From: the human T2T-CHM13v2.0 reference genome, Homo sapiens
DNA length: 64,000 nt
Reading direction: 5' to 3' (one strand)
Assembly (NCBI RefSeq): GCF_009914755.1
Contig: NC_060931.1
Shown here: in pieces, positions 1 through 20,202 of the stretch
Position numbering within the stretch: position 1 is the first letter of the stretch
Layout of the letters: each line of letters begins with the position of its first letter
Translations under genes and position numbers: made by a program
The notes under the pieces: model-generated
Database searches by the model: none
What the model was told of the DNA's origin: nothing
What the model saw: the letters and a program-made list of their open reading frames with translations, nothing else

Positions 1-191
1 TGCTAATAGAAATAAGGACACACTTTATGTATATGATAAGGGCCATCAACGTGATTGTTTTTAAAACACTAAAAATGGAATTTAAGCCAAGTAGGTGATC
101 TACAAACCATTGGAATATCTAATGCTGCTCCTCTTAAATCATTCTGATTTAGGAAATTGAAAAATGGACCTTTGAAAATGCTAGATTTACA

Positions 192-438
192 ATGAGAAAT
201 GCCATAATTCAAGGTTTATTCTATGGGTCCTTGACATTTGGGATCTGGACAGCTCTGTTATTCATATATTTGCACCATAATCATGTGAGCAGCTGGCAGA
301 AGAAAAGCCAGGAGCCTCTGTCAGCTTGGTCCCCTGGAAAAAAAGTGCATCAGCAAATTATCTATGGCTCAGAGCAAATACCAAAACCTCATGTAATAGT
401 CAAAAGGACTGATGAAGATAAAGCAAAGTCTATGTTAG
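192..438 (+). CDS. GALNTL5: GALNTL5 first coding exon (exon starts ~153 after tttag); cytoplasmic tail, signal-anchor TM and stem
   Basis: [27 protein letters not shown]... with a hydrophobic type II anchor; donor AG|gtaagt at 439; 247 nt, phase 1. Confidence 0.95.
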
Positions 439-959
439 GTAAGTATTTGGATTTTTTTCCGTTAGCCATTTGAAGGGGAAAATGTACAACAATATTTAAT
501 ATTTGGAAGAGTACGAGACTATCCTTTTTAAAGCAATTTACTTTTTAAGATATAAATTATTTTATATAGTGTATATATCTATACATAGAAAATAATAAAA
601 CAAGTATGCATGTATTTACCACTTAAATTTATCATTTTAAATATCATTTGGCTATATTTGCTTCAGAGAGCTTTCTGTTTTTCCAAGAAATAAGTTGTAA
701 TAGTACAGTAAAAACTCCACCTCCCTCCCGTCCCCACGCCACCCTCAGAGGTTGTCTGACCTGAATTGATGGGTGTCTTTCTCATGTATGTCTTTCCACT
801 TCCTCTGTATATTATCCCTAAGCAAAATATTGTGTTCTATATTTTTAATATATTTTTAGGTATTCTGATACACATATCTTTTTGGAATTTGCTTTTGTCC
901 CTCATCACTATGTTTGTAAGATTATTTTTCCATGTTCCCACACATGAAGACCTAGTTTT

Positions 960-1272
960 GCCAGGCATGGTGGCTCACACATGTAATCTCGACCCTTTGG
1001 GAGGCCAAGGCAGGAGGATCACTTGAGGCCAGGAGTTCAAGACCTGCCTGGGGAACATAGCAAGACACCACCTCAACAAAAATAGTAATAAAAACTAGCC
1101 AGGTGTAGTGGTGCATGCCTGCAGTCCCAGCTACTTGGAGAGCTGAGGTGGAAGGATCGCTTGAGCCCAGGAAGTCAAGGTTACAGTGAGCTATGATTGG
1201 GCCACTATACTCCAGCCTGGGCAACAGAGTGAGATGCTGCCTCAAAAAAAAATAAATAAATAAAATACAAAT
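960..1272 (+). mobile_element. AluJ
   Basis: Alu dimer with A tail; TSD atgaagacctagttt. Confidence 0.9.
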
Positions 1273-2337
1273 ATGAAGACCTAGTTTAACAAAATAAACC
1301 CAAAGAAAGATGAAGAAAATAAGAGTAGAAATTAAAGCCTTAACACACAGGCCTACTATTTCTGTGGATCCCTGCTCTGAACGGCCCTCCCACTAGATGA
1401 CTAGGTAGGTGTGGGCCTGAAACCCTACCCTAAGCACTACTCCAGCGTGTGACACACGACAGCCCCTTGGCAGGTCTCCTGCTCATTTCCCCGAGGTCAC
1501 ACCCTAATTCTGGCTCTCAGTCTTACCACTCGGATGGTGAGAGAAAGGAGAGAAACAGCAAACCAAGGGTGAGTGCCAGGGGGACAGTGTTGCTTTCTGG
1601 GATGTGAGTAGAACCTGATTCTCTGCCAAGTGAAACAAGTATTGGGATGGCCAAACTGTTCCCCAAAGTAGCTGGGCCACTTTACGTGAGTGTACGAGAA
1701 TCCCATTTTCTCTGGATCTTTGCCAACACTTGACATGGTCCAGTTTTTAAATTTTAGTTATTCTAATGGGTGAGTAAAGCCATCACTTTGGTCTTAATTT
1801 GTATTTCCCTGATGACTAATGATTTTGAGCACATTTTCATGTGCTTGATAACCACTCATATACTGTCTTTTGTAGAGGATCTTTTGGAATCTTTTGTCTA
1901 TTTTTAAATGGCATGTTTTTCTTCTTAATTTTTAAGACTTCTTTATATATCCTAAATTCAAGTTTCTTGATATGTGAGTTTCAAATGTTTTGGACAAATA
2001 TGTAGTTTGCCTTTTTATTCTCTTTAATGGTGTTATTCAAAAAGCACAATTTTACATTTTAAAATTTTCGGTTTTTTATTTTTCATAAGTCCCCAAAATG
2101 CCTCACAATGTTACATTTTGGTGCTGTTCAATTCATCCCATTTTCTTGTATGATTTATGGTTTTTATGTTTCATCTGAGAAACCTTTGCTTACAAGTTCA
2201 CAAAGATTTCATTCTATGTTTTCTTTTGGAAATGAATTTAAAGTTTTAGGTTTCACATTAAGGCCATGATCTATTTCGAGTTAATTTTTGTGATGATGTG
2301 AGGTAAGAATAAATGCTCATTTTTTCCATATGGATAT

Positions 2338-3278
<941 letters not shown>

Positions 3279-3329
3279 GATAATCCAGATGATCCAACAC
3301 CATTTGTTGATAAACTTCCCTTTCCCCAC

Positions 3330-3728
3330 TGATACAATCAGAATATTTATCCCTCCATGTCTCATGTTGAAATTTGTCCCACAATGTTGAAGGTGGAGCC
3401 TGGCAGGATGTGTTTGGGTTACGTGGCCAGATCCCTCATGAATGGCTTGGTGCCTGCCTACAGTAATGAGCTCTCCTTCTATTAGCTCATGGGAAAGCTG
3501 GTTGTTTCAAGAGCCTGGCATCCCCCGCTCCTTGCTCCCTCTCTCACCACGTGACCTGCCTGTTTCCCTTTTACCTCCTGCCAAGATTGGAAGCTTCCTG
3601 AGGCCCCCACCAGGAGCAGATGCTGGCTCAATGCTTCCTGCAGAACTGTGAGCCAAATAAATCTCTTTTCTTTATAAATTACCCAGCCTCAGGTATTCCT
3701 TTATAGCAATGCAAAATGTACTAAAACA
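3330..3728 (+). mobile_element. MSTB-type MaLR solo LTR
   Basis: MST-like body; 5-bp TSD cccac. Confidence 0.8.
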
Positions 3729-3890
3729 CCCACCTTTGCCAAGAATTATTTGACCATTTTTGCACAGATCGATTTCCGAATTCTATTCTGGTTCTTTTAA
3801 AAAATTGTTTTGGTTATTCTAGATCTTTCCTTTCCTGCATCACTGCTAGTAAGCCTTTACTTATATGATTCTAATTACATTTTCTTGCAG

Positions 3891-4011
3891 GTACAGATTT
3901 TAACCATACAAACCCAGAACTTCATAAAGAACTTTTAAAATATGGATTTAATGTGATTATCAGTAGAAGCTTGGGCATCGAAAGAGAAGTGCCAGATACC
4001 AGGAGTAAAAT
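3891..4011 (+). CDS. GALNTL5: GALNTL5 coding exon 2
   Basis: ttgcag| ... |gtatgt; 121 nt; [39 protein letters not shown] carries the GalNAc-T FN...S...R..PD.R motif. Confidence 0.95.
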
Positions 4012-4041
4012 GTATGTTGTCTCTCTCTTTCTCTCATTCTC

Positions 4042-4085
<44 letters not shown>
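4042..4085 (+). repeat. (TAGA)11 microsatellite
   Basis: Perfect repeat read directly. Confidence 0.97.
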
Positions 4086-4581
4086 AAACAGTTACTAACC
4101 AGATTTTAATTTGATCATACTAGAAATGTTATAGATTCCTATTTTTAGGACTTGAAGTCAGATAATGTCAAGATTCTATTTCAAGATTCTAATGCTTATA
4201 GTGTAGAGAATGTCTTCTTCGTGGGCACAAAATGTGTTCTAGAGGCTTCCAAGAATTGAGTTACCCACAGATCTTTTTATTAAATCACCAATAAGGGCTT
4301 CTGGCCAAAGGGGCATTCATTCCTGATAGAAAATGCTCTGGACAGCTACTTTTTATTCCCCAAAATTTACTTTTTTCAAAAAAATTGTTCTTTCAATTGT
4401 TGCATTAATAATTATTATGTTAATGATTAACATAATCATTGTTATGTGATAAAATACACATAACATAAAATTTGCCATTTTAATCCTCTTTAAATGTACA
4501 ATACAGACATTCACATTGTGCAGCCATCGATACCATCCATCTCCAGAACTCTCTCACCATCCCAAACTGAAATTCTGTACC

Positions 4582-7105
<2,524 letters not shown>

Positions 7106-8029
7106 GTACCCAATAAACAACAACTCTCCATTTCCCAACCCCAGCACTTCCTGGCAGTCATCATTCTACTTTGTGTGTCTATGAATTTCATTACTTTAAG
7201 TACCTCATATAAGTGGAATCATATAGTATTTGTCTTTTTTTGTGACTGGCTTATTTTGCTTAGCATGATGCCCTCAAGGTTCATCTATGTTGTAGTGTGT
7301 ATGTGCTAATGCGTTTTTAGCATCTTTAAGTTCTGATGGTTTCCAGACAAAAAGGGCCAATATTCTCCTTTAACTAAATGAGAAGTACTTACATTAAGGA
7401 TATCCATGAAACAGGAGAAAGCAGGGCCACTTTGCCTTGTTGCAACTTGTGTGCAACGCAAACATTTGAAGCCACAAATATCACTCATGATGTGGTACAC
7501 TCAAGAGACGTGGAGTTTGTACATGATGACACAATGTATCTGGGTCATGATAAAATAAAAAACTTAAATTTACTCAAACCATAGAACATGGTATTAACAT
7601 AGAGAACAATATTTCACTGAACTGAATATTTACTACAAAGGTCACCATTTTAACATATCTTTTAGGTTATGAATTTCTCTCTGTATCATCATTTGTTCTC
7701 CCTAAATCTCACCTTCTAAAATAGTATGATTGCTTTTGCTTCCCTTCCCCCATCACATGATTACTGTTCAGAAAAACAAAGTTTAGAGAGATTTGTCCAG
7801 AAAGAAAAGTGGACTTGGCAGTTTTAATATTTAAAATATAACTTATTTAATAGGAAATTCAATTCTGTACAAAGAGCCCACTACTATGTTTAAAAATTAA
7901 CTTCTAAGAGCAACTACCACTATCTGGAGTCCAACCAGATTTTTAGCCATTATTGTAATAGCCATATTATTTCATTAAATGGAATTTTCATTTTAGCTTT
8001 CCCTTACTTTTTTTAAAAAATGTAATTTG

Positions 8030-9510
8030 GTCTCATAAAATGAGTTTGGAAGTGTTTCTTCCTCCTTAATTTTTTGGAAGAGTTTGAAAAGGATTGGTAT
8101 TTATTCTTTAAATAAATTCAGTAGTGAACCCATTAGGTCCTGGAGTTTTCTTTGGTGAGAGATTTTTATTCCTGATTGAATGCCCTTACTCATTTTTAGT
8201 CTGTTCAGATTTTCAGTTTCTTCATGATTCAGTCTTGATAGGTTGTATGTTTCTGGGAATTTATTCATTTCTCCTAGGTTATCCAATTTGTTGGCATATA
8301 ATTGTTCATAGTAGTCTTTTATGATTCTCTGTTTTTTCTGTGATATCAATTATGTCTCTTCTTTCACTTCTGGTCTTGTTTTTTTGAGTCTTCTTTTTTC
8401 TTAATTAGTCTAGCTAAAGGTTTGTCAAATTTGCTTATCCTTTTAAAAACCCAACTCTTTGTTTGGTTTGTCTTTTCTATTGTTTTCCTAATCTCTATTT
8501 CATTTATTTCTGCACTTATCTTTGTCATTTTCTTTCTTTTACTAAATTTGGGCTTAGTCTGCTGTCTTTTTCTTGTTCCTTCAGGTATAACATTAGGTTG
8601 TGTGTTTGGAAACTTTCTTCTGCTTTGATATAGGTGTTTATTCCTATAATTCCAAAACTTAGTACTGCTTTTGCTGCATCCCATATGTTTTGGTATTTTT
8701 TTTTATTTCCATTTGTCAAGATATTTTTAATTTTCATTTTAATGTCTTTTTAAAAATTTCTTCTTTGGCCCATTGGTTGGTTAGGAACATGTTGTTTAAT
8801 TTCCATATATTTGTGAGTTTTCTGAAATTTGTCTCATTATTGATTTCTAGTTTCATACCATTGTGGTCAGAAAAGATACTTGATATGATTTCAATCTTAA
8901 ATTGTTAAGACTTGTTCTGTGGCCTAATATTTGATCAATCCTGGAGGATATTCCATGTGCCTCAGAGAAGAAATATATGCTCTTCAGCTGTTGGATAAAA
9001 TGCTCATGTGTGTCTGTTAGGTCCATTTGATCTAAAGTATAGTTGAAGCCCAGTATTTCCTTATTGATTTTCTGTCTGGATGATCTGTACATAGTTGTAA
9101 GTGGGGTATTGAAGTCCTCTACTTTTATTTTATTGCAGTCTATCACTCACTTCAGATTATTAATATTTGCTTTATATATTTAGGTTCTCTGACGTTGGGT
9201 GCAGATATATTTACAACATGTCTTCTTGATGTTATATCTTGGTATTATATTACCAACTGGCAATATAATATTGTTATATCTTCTTGATGAAAGGGGCCCC
9301 TTATCACTATAAAATGACCTGCTTTATCCATCTCTTTTTGCAATTTTTGACTTACTGTCTGTTTTACTTCAGTATAAGTATCCTCTGCTCTCTTTTGGTT
9401 TCCATTTGCATGAAATATCTTTTTCCATCTCATCACTTTTAATCCTTGTATATCCTTAAAGGGGAAGTGAGTTTCTTATAGGCAGCATCAGTTAGGTCTT
9501 GTTTTTTTAA
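8030..9510 (-). mobile_element. L1 ORF2 (endonuclease-proximal) remnant
   Basis: Minus-strand peptides [28 protein letters not shown]. Confidence 0.9.
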
Positions 9511-9622
9511 TCATGTTTTTCAAGTTGAGATTTATGTATGTATTTTCAGAAGTCTGCAAATTCTTAATGAGATTCTCCATGAGAATTCTAAAATTTCATC
9601 TTCCCACTTTTATATATATATA

Positions 9623-9909
9623 TTTTTTGAGATGGAATCTCGCTCTGTCGCCTGGGCTGGAGTGTAGTGGCACGATCTCAGCTCACTGCAACCTTTGCCT
9701 CCAGGTTCAAGCAATTCTCCTGCCTCAGCCTCCTGAGTAGCTGGGATTACAGGCGTGCACCACCACACCCGGTTAATTTTTGTATTTTTAGTAGAGATGG
9801 GGTTTCACCATGTTGGTCAGGCTGGTCTCGAACTCCTGACCTCAGGTGATCCAACCACCTTGGCCTCCCAAAGTGCTGGGATTACAGGCATGAGCCACTG
9901 CACCTGGCC
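9623..9909 (-). mobile_element. AluSx
   Basis: Alu dimer. Confidence 0.9.
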
Positions 9910-11359
9910 TATTATTTTTAATTAATATATATTTATACAGGAGGACAGCCTGTTACTATTGTCACCAAATTTCAGTAAGTAATGAGAAAAGTATTAGTAA
10001 ACTTAATAGGTACATTATACAAATGATGTCAAACAGAGGCAGACCAAATACCTAAATTATATGTTATGACAAGTTACTTTACAATATGGCCAATAGAATT
10101 TTTTAAACCAATATTTCAAATACAAAAATAGGACTGAGAGATTTAAGCAAACACACACTACATAGTAGGAAAGTCTAGTCAAATTAAGAAATAAACTTTC
10201 CTATAACAAGTAGAAAATAAGTTATAAGTGGTGATGTCATTTCAACAAAACCCAACCTGAAATTAAAATTAATTTATTAATTTGATTTTAACCCTTCTAG
10301 CCATATTTTATTATTTTTAACTGTTTTGTTTATAGCTGGGTACGAACTTATGAGCACAAGGAGATTCTGAGCTCATAGGTTCACATATTTAAGAAACATT
10401 AAAGTAACAATTCATCTCTGGAGGTTAAGACCTTATTTTCTCTTCAAAAAAAGTCTATGTATGATTCAAGTTTTTAAAATTGTGATTTATGTTTTTCTTT
10501 TTTGTATTATCTTCATCAGATTTTGATATCAGACTTATACTAGCTTTATAAAATGAATTTGAAAGTTTTTGACTCTCTGAAATAATTGGGATAATATGAT
10601 AATCACCTATTATGTTGAAATAGCACTTGCTTGGTAATTATGAATCACCAGTGCATTTTTTAGTGGTAGACATTGATAAACTTGCACATTACTCTAAAGT
10701 TATTGTTCTACTCAAGCTTTCTATTTCTAGGGGCTATTTAGGACACTGTTGTAATAAAACTTTATTCCACCTATTTCTCAAATTTATTGGCAAAAGTTGT
10801 GTATCTTATTTCCCTAATTACTATCATCTCCGCTAGTACCATACCTTCTTTCTCATTTTTTATTGTATGTTTTCCCACTCTCTTTTTAAGTTTGATGTGC
10901 ATTGTTTTGTCTTTCAAAAAGCCAACTTTTGATTATACTTACTAATTTTACTTTTTTGTCTTCCAATTCATTAATTTCTAGTTATCTTTATTGGTTCATT
11001 TTTATTTCTTTTGGTTTATCCTGTTTTTCTTGCTAGTTTATAAGGTTAGTTTGATTATTTTACCGCTTTGTGGTATAATAATACATTTATAAATATTCAT
11101 TTTATTCAGATTTAAATTTTAGCCATATCTCTTAGATTTAACATGATAGGCTTTCATTTTTAATTTCTATATAATTTACAATTTTTAACTTCCTCTGATC
11201 CAAAAATTATTTGGAGAAATCCATTTTTTTAATTGGATTTGAACAAATGAATAGCCATTTACAAATTAGCTTAGCAGTCATCTATCACCATCTTTTTCTA
11301 ATGTGCTTAAAAGATTGTCGTTGTAAGAGTGCCTGTGCCTGGTGGACTATTTCCACTCA

Positions 11360-11930
11360 AAATACAGCCTGAAAACCAACAGCACTGACAGCCCCTGGGA
11401 GCTTGCTAGCCATGCAGAATCTCAGGCCCCTACCCAAATCTCCTTAATCAGAATCTGCAGTCAGCAAGAACCCCAGTTGAGACTGATGCATGGTAAAATT
11501 TGGTATCCAAATATTGGTTTGGTAGGGCTGCTATAAGAAAGTACCATCAGCTGGGTAGCTTAGACAACAAAAATTATTCTCTCTCAGTTTTGGAGGCCAG
11601 AAATCTGAAATCAAGTTGTTGGCAGGATTGCTCGCCTCTGAGAGCTGTAAAGAAATTAGGCTCTGTTCCAGACGTCTCTCCTTGGCTTATAGATGGCCGT
11701 CTTCTCCCTATAACTCTTAACGTCATCTTCCCTTTGTATATGTCTGTCTCTGGGTTCAAATTTCCCCTTTTTGTAAGAACATGAGTCATATTGGATTAGG
11801 GCCTACCCTAATGAGCTCACCTTACTAATTATCTCTACAACAGCTCTTTTTCCAAATAGGATCACATTCTGAGGTCCTGGGGACTAGAACTTCACTATAT
11901 GAATTTTGGAAGACACAATTCAGCCTAAAA
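11360..11930 (-). mobile_element. MER5A-like fragment followed by an MLT1 LTR (~11505-11930)
   Basis: aatcagaatctgca MER5 motif; MLT1 motif ggctgctataagaaagtacca. Confidence 0.6.
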
Positions 11931-11967
11931 GAGTCCTGCTTTGTACTGAACTATTATTAATGTATAA

Positions 11968-13987
<2,020 letters not shown>

Positions 13988-14483
13988 ACAATGATTTTTT
14001 TATTTCAACTCAATTTTCTGGCCCCAGTTGATTAACCCAGGGATGGGGCACCTATGGCAAGCTGGGCCAGTGAATCTTTTCCAGTCAATATTTGATCTTG
14101 GAAAAGGTAAAGTCCCACCAGTTTCTCCTTGGGTCCTTGCCTATAAGAAATGCTGATGTCAATCACATTTCCCACTAAAGAAGTGGAAAAAGCCCAGGTG
14201 CAGAGGAAGAATCATAATCATGTAATGCGCCTTCTATCTGAATACTTACTGCGTGCCAGGCACTGCTCTAAGTGTTGTAGGCATGTTAATTCATTGCATC
14301 TTCACAGCCCTTGGAGGTAGGTTGATATCGCTATTATTATTTTTCCCAAATGTAAACACAAAAGCAGAGATAGAGAGTGTCCAGACATCATTCAAGCCTC
14401 TAGTTCTAATCATTCCTTGAGGCTCCAGCTGCTGCAGCTTCTAGGTCCTGTGAGACATTTGAGTCAGCTCACAATACATCTCT

Positions 14484-14868
14484 CTTCCCTTCCTTCCTTC
14501 CTTCCTTCCTTCCTTCCTTCCTTCCTTCCCTCCTTCCTTCCTTCCTTCCTTCCTCCCTTTCTCTCTCTCTCTCTCCCTCCCTCCCTCCCCCTCTTCTTTC
14601 TTTCTTTTTTTTTTTTTTTTGGATGCAGTGGTATGGTCTTGGCTCACTACAACTTCTCTCTCCCAGGTTCAAAATATTCTCTGCCTTAGCCTCCTAAGTA
14701 GCTGGAACTACGAGTGCGTGCCACCACATCTGGCTAATTTTTGTATTTTTAGTAAAGACAGAATTTTGCCATGTTGTCCAGGCTGGTCTCGAACTCCTGA
14801 CCTCATGTGATTCACCCACCTCAGCCTCCCAAAGTGCCAGGATTACAGACATGAGCCACTGTGCCAGC
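14484..14868 (-). repeat. (CCTT)n/(CT)n simple repeat joined to an antisense Alu (~14605-14868)
   Basis: Read directly. Confidence 0.85.
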
Positions 14869-15020
14869 CACACCTCCTTTTCTTTTGCTAAAGTTAGCTC
14901 CAGCAGATTTCTTTAATTTACAACCAAAATATTTCAGTATACAACTAAATAATATATCTAAATAATAATTAATAACTAATATTACTAGAATTCCAGAATT
15001 CAGCTTCTATATTTCCCTCA

Positions 15021-15368
<348 letters not shown>

Positions 15369-15908
15369 GCATTTTTGTCAAATATTCAGAAGAAATCCAA
15401 TTAGACCATATCTGCTATACTTTTTTGTTGCGACAGACTCCACAAATATAAGAATAAAGTTGGAGTTTTCTCTGAAGACAGCACAATAAAGTTAATGTAC
15501 ACTTTTTAATGTGTGAGCTTAATAATTCATTTTTATCTGTCCTGCCATGGTGACAGCAAAAAAAAAAAAAGATAAAACTAATTCATTTTTATAACAGAAG
15601 CTAATACATGAATATAATTTGTGTTTATACTATGTTTAAAATAGAACTGAGATTATCAACACAGTCTCAGGAAAGAGCAATTATTACTGACATTAAGAAG
15701 GGGGAAATTATTCAGAAAATATTAGAACAACATAAGAAGTTAAATAAATTTTTGTGTTTTTAGATGTACTGTCACCTTATTACCATAATTATCAGTTGAA
15801 GGAGTAAAGAGTCAAAAAGATGCAAATAAGGAGAAGTGTTTGAACGAGATGACACAACATCCAAGGCATTTAGATGGATGGTTTTCTTCATATTGCTTCT
15901 GCCTGCAG

Positions 15909-16075
15909 GCGTCTTCAAAAACATTACCCAGCCCGCCTCCCGACTGCCAGCATTGTCATTTGCTTCTATAATGAAGAATGTAATGCCTTGTTTCAGACCA
16001 TGTCCAGTGTCACGAACCTCACGCCACACTATTTTCTTGAAGAAATTATTTTGGTAGATGACATGAGCAAAGTTG
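15909..16075 (+). CDS. GALNTL5: GALNTL5 coding exon 3 (start of GT-A fold)
   Basis: ctgcag| ... |gtaaga; 167 nt; [14 protein letters not shown]...[10 protein letters not shown]. Confidence 0.97.
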
Positions 16076-16079
16076 GTAA

Positions 16080-16400
<321 letters not shown>

Positions 16401-16855
16401 ATCTAATCTACTCTGAAGGTAGTGCGCTCCCCGATGGCACTTGAGTATTTTGTACAAAAAAATCTTTTTGGTGGGTATTGGGGCAGGCACTGCACTAGGG
16501 GCTCTTGGTATATGGTGGACATGTGAGACCTGGGCCCTGTACTTGGGCCCATGGCAGAGGGGTGGAGGGGCGGTGCTTCCATAAGGCAAACATAGGGGCA
16601 CCGGCCACATCCTTGGAGATAACTTCAGGAAGAAGTGACATGTCAACTGAGGTCTGAATGATGAGTTGTAATGATCTAGGTGGAGAGGAAGGAAAAAGTG
16701 TTTTTGGTAGCTTAAGCAGCATCGTAAAGGCCCAGAGGTAAGAGAAGCCATAGAGAGCTTGAAATACATGCTACCATATTTTATGTAGTTTATGCATGAG
16801 TATAGAGTTGCAGGGGGGAGGTGGGCAAAACCAGAGTTATTAAAAGGGAACTCCC

Positions 16856-16981
16856 AGCCCAGCCTGGTGGCTCACACCTGCAATCCCAGCACTTTGGGAG
16901 GCCAAGGTGGGCAGATCCCTCGAGCTCAGGAGCTCCAGAGCAGCCTGGGCAACATGGCAAAACCCCATCACTTAAAAAAAG
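16856..16981 (+). mobile_element. Alu left monomer / FLAM
   Basis: Monomer with A tail. Confidence 0.8.
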
Positions 16982-17856
16982 CGGGGTACGGGGGGTAACT
17001 GCTCATAAAGCGCATTATTTGAATTTTATCTTGAAGCTATGAGGAGCTATTAAGGGCTTAATGCAGGAAAATGAGATGATCTAGGAATTCCATGAAAGAA
17101 GCGGAATCAGACCAACTGCAGTTAAGTGTGTATTCTTTCATGCTTACTGGTTTTAAAGAATTGTGATACTAGCACTAGTTAACTACACTTAGAATTGGAA
17201 ATTACTCACCTAATTTACAATGGAGTACAAACCTTAGGCAAGCCAGGAGTACCAAAGCAATGATGTCAATATTAAGTAAGTTTCAGGCTGAAAGTCAACC
17301 CAATCCACTCTAAATGTGACCCACTATGAGCTCAGAAACAAAAAGATGAGGAGAAGCAGTAGGAAGAACAGGCAGAGGAAGAAACCATCCCATGAGGTTC
17401 ACCCTGCGGGGAAGTGACTCTAGGTGACTCCTGAATGTGACTCAAGTCACTGGCAGTTGTGTGGTGGAAATGTAGATGTTGGCCAGGCACCTATCGTAAA
17501 TAACACTGTTTCTAAGGGGGTCACCAATGTCTGAGGGCACAGGACTGTCTATTTCTAGCCTTGTGCATGGGAAGAGTGTGGAGTGAGGGCCTGGCTTCCC
17601 TGCTGCCCCTGTGACCCACGCTGCCTCTTCTGCTCAAAAGACTGAGCAGCATGTTTGGTGACTTGCTGGGCAAGAAGTCACCGGGAAAGCCACCAGCAGG
17701 GGACAGGGTGGGATAACCTGATGGATTGTGGAATTCTAACTTCTCACCCAGAAGTACAAGAATGCTGCCATGGAGACACAGTGCCAGGAATGACCAGGGG
17801 ACGGATACCTCCCCCAGCCTTTCAGAACCACACCATGAATTTGGAGACGTAACTGG

Positions 17857-18150
17857 TGTCTTATCAGCTTGGCTGCTGTAACAAAATGCCACAAACTGGG
17901 TGGCTTCAACAACAAACATTTATTTCTTAGAGTCCTGGAGGTTGGAAGTCCGAGATGAGGGTGCCAGCAGGATCGAGTTCTTAGAGTGGGCCCTCTTCCT
18001 GGGTGATAGACAGCCATCTTTTTGCTATGTCCTCATGTTGTGGAAAGAGAGCAAGCTAGCTCCATCACCCAGTTATGCCTCTGCAAGGCCCCACCTGCAA
18101 ATACCATCATACTGAGGGGTACTTTGAATTTTGGTGGGGACACAAACATA
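17857..18150 (-). mobile_element. MLT1 LTR
   Basis: ggctgctgtaacaaaatgccacaaactgggtggctt. Confidence 0.7.
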
Positions 18151-19244
18151 CCGGCCGTAAGATCTGTCAACGTTCTCATACATTCATCACACATTGTGGT
18201 CCCCTTTATGAGAGACTAGGGGGTCGCTGCTGCCAACATGTGGGTGTGCTTCCCAACCAGACACCTCTGCTTCTCCTCCTCTATCTGAGCCTTTGACCCA
18301 CACAGAGCCTTAAACACAGGACTAGGGTGTTCTAGGCTCTGATGGAGCTCAGGTTGACACCTTCCTCCTTTAATTCACGGTGACTTCATCATGGGTTTAA
18401 GGACAATTTCTTCAACAAAACCCTGTCTGTCCCAGCTGACACCTATAGGTATGGCCGATAGACTCCTCAGCTTGGGGGAGCAGGGCCAGGGGCCCAGGGA
18501 ACTGCTCCCACTGAGCTACACAAATGGCCTGTCCATGACCTGCTGCCATCCACTTTTCCCATAGTCCTGGTCCCTCTAGACTGCAAGCCAACAACATGAC
18601 CATCTTCTGAAAAACCCACACCCTCCACTTCATGTCAGTGACTGCTGCTGCCTTAACTGCCTTTATCTCCTCCAGGGCCTGGCTCATGGCGTCCCACTTT
18701 TCCCTCCTCTTGCTGCCTCCTACATCCTGGATGTGAGTGAGGTGTCTGGAGATCTTTGAGCTGAGATGCTGCCCAGGCCTGCAAGTGCAGCTATGCAGCC
18801 TGTATCCCTGCCTCTTTCTAAAAACAAGGAAGAAGATCCCTCCTTCTGCTGGGATTACCATGAACCTGTTCCTGTTCAACCTGCCCCTGACCCAGATTGC
18901 TGGGACTTAGGAATTTAGACCTCTGAGGTACCTGCATCCATCTCACCTGGTCCCAGCCTCCTTTATCATCATTGTATTAACTTCCAAATATTAAGTGACT
19001 ATTGGGTGCCAGGCTCTGTGCTGGGTGATATATTTCTTCTTCCTCATACCAGAGTACTGCCGGGAACATGATGGTCATCCCTTCTCTCAGCTGAGGAAAC
19101 TAAGACTCTCGTGGTTCGATAACTTTCCCAAGAGCTACTGAAAAATTAGAAGCACAGATAGTAGCAAACCCAGATTGCGCCAAAGCTCTATAATGCATGC
19201 TTTTTCTATTAAAATGTTAATAGTGATTTACTAAAATAGAGTTA

Positions 19245-20008
<764 letters not shown>

Positions 20009-20079
20009 TAATGATGATACACTGTTTCAATTTCTATAGTTGCCGTTTATACATTCTCATGTGTTGAATATTTTTCCAG

Positions 20080-20202
20080 ATGATTTGAAAGAAAAACTAG
20101 ACTATCACCTGGAAACTTTTCGGGGAAAGGTTAAAATAATAAGAAACAAAAAGAGAGAGGGGCTGATTCGAGCAAGGCTGATTGGAGCTTCTCATGCTTC
20201 AG
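20080..20202 (+). CDS. GALNTL5: GALNTL5 coding exon 4
   Basis: ttccag| ... |gtagga; 123 nt; [21 protein letters not shown]. Confidence 0.97.
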
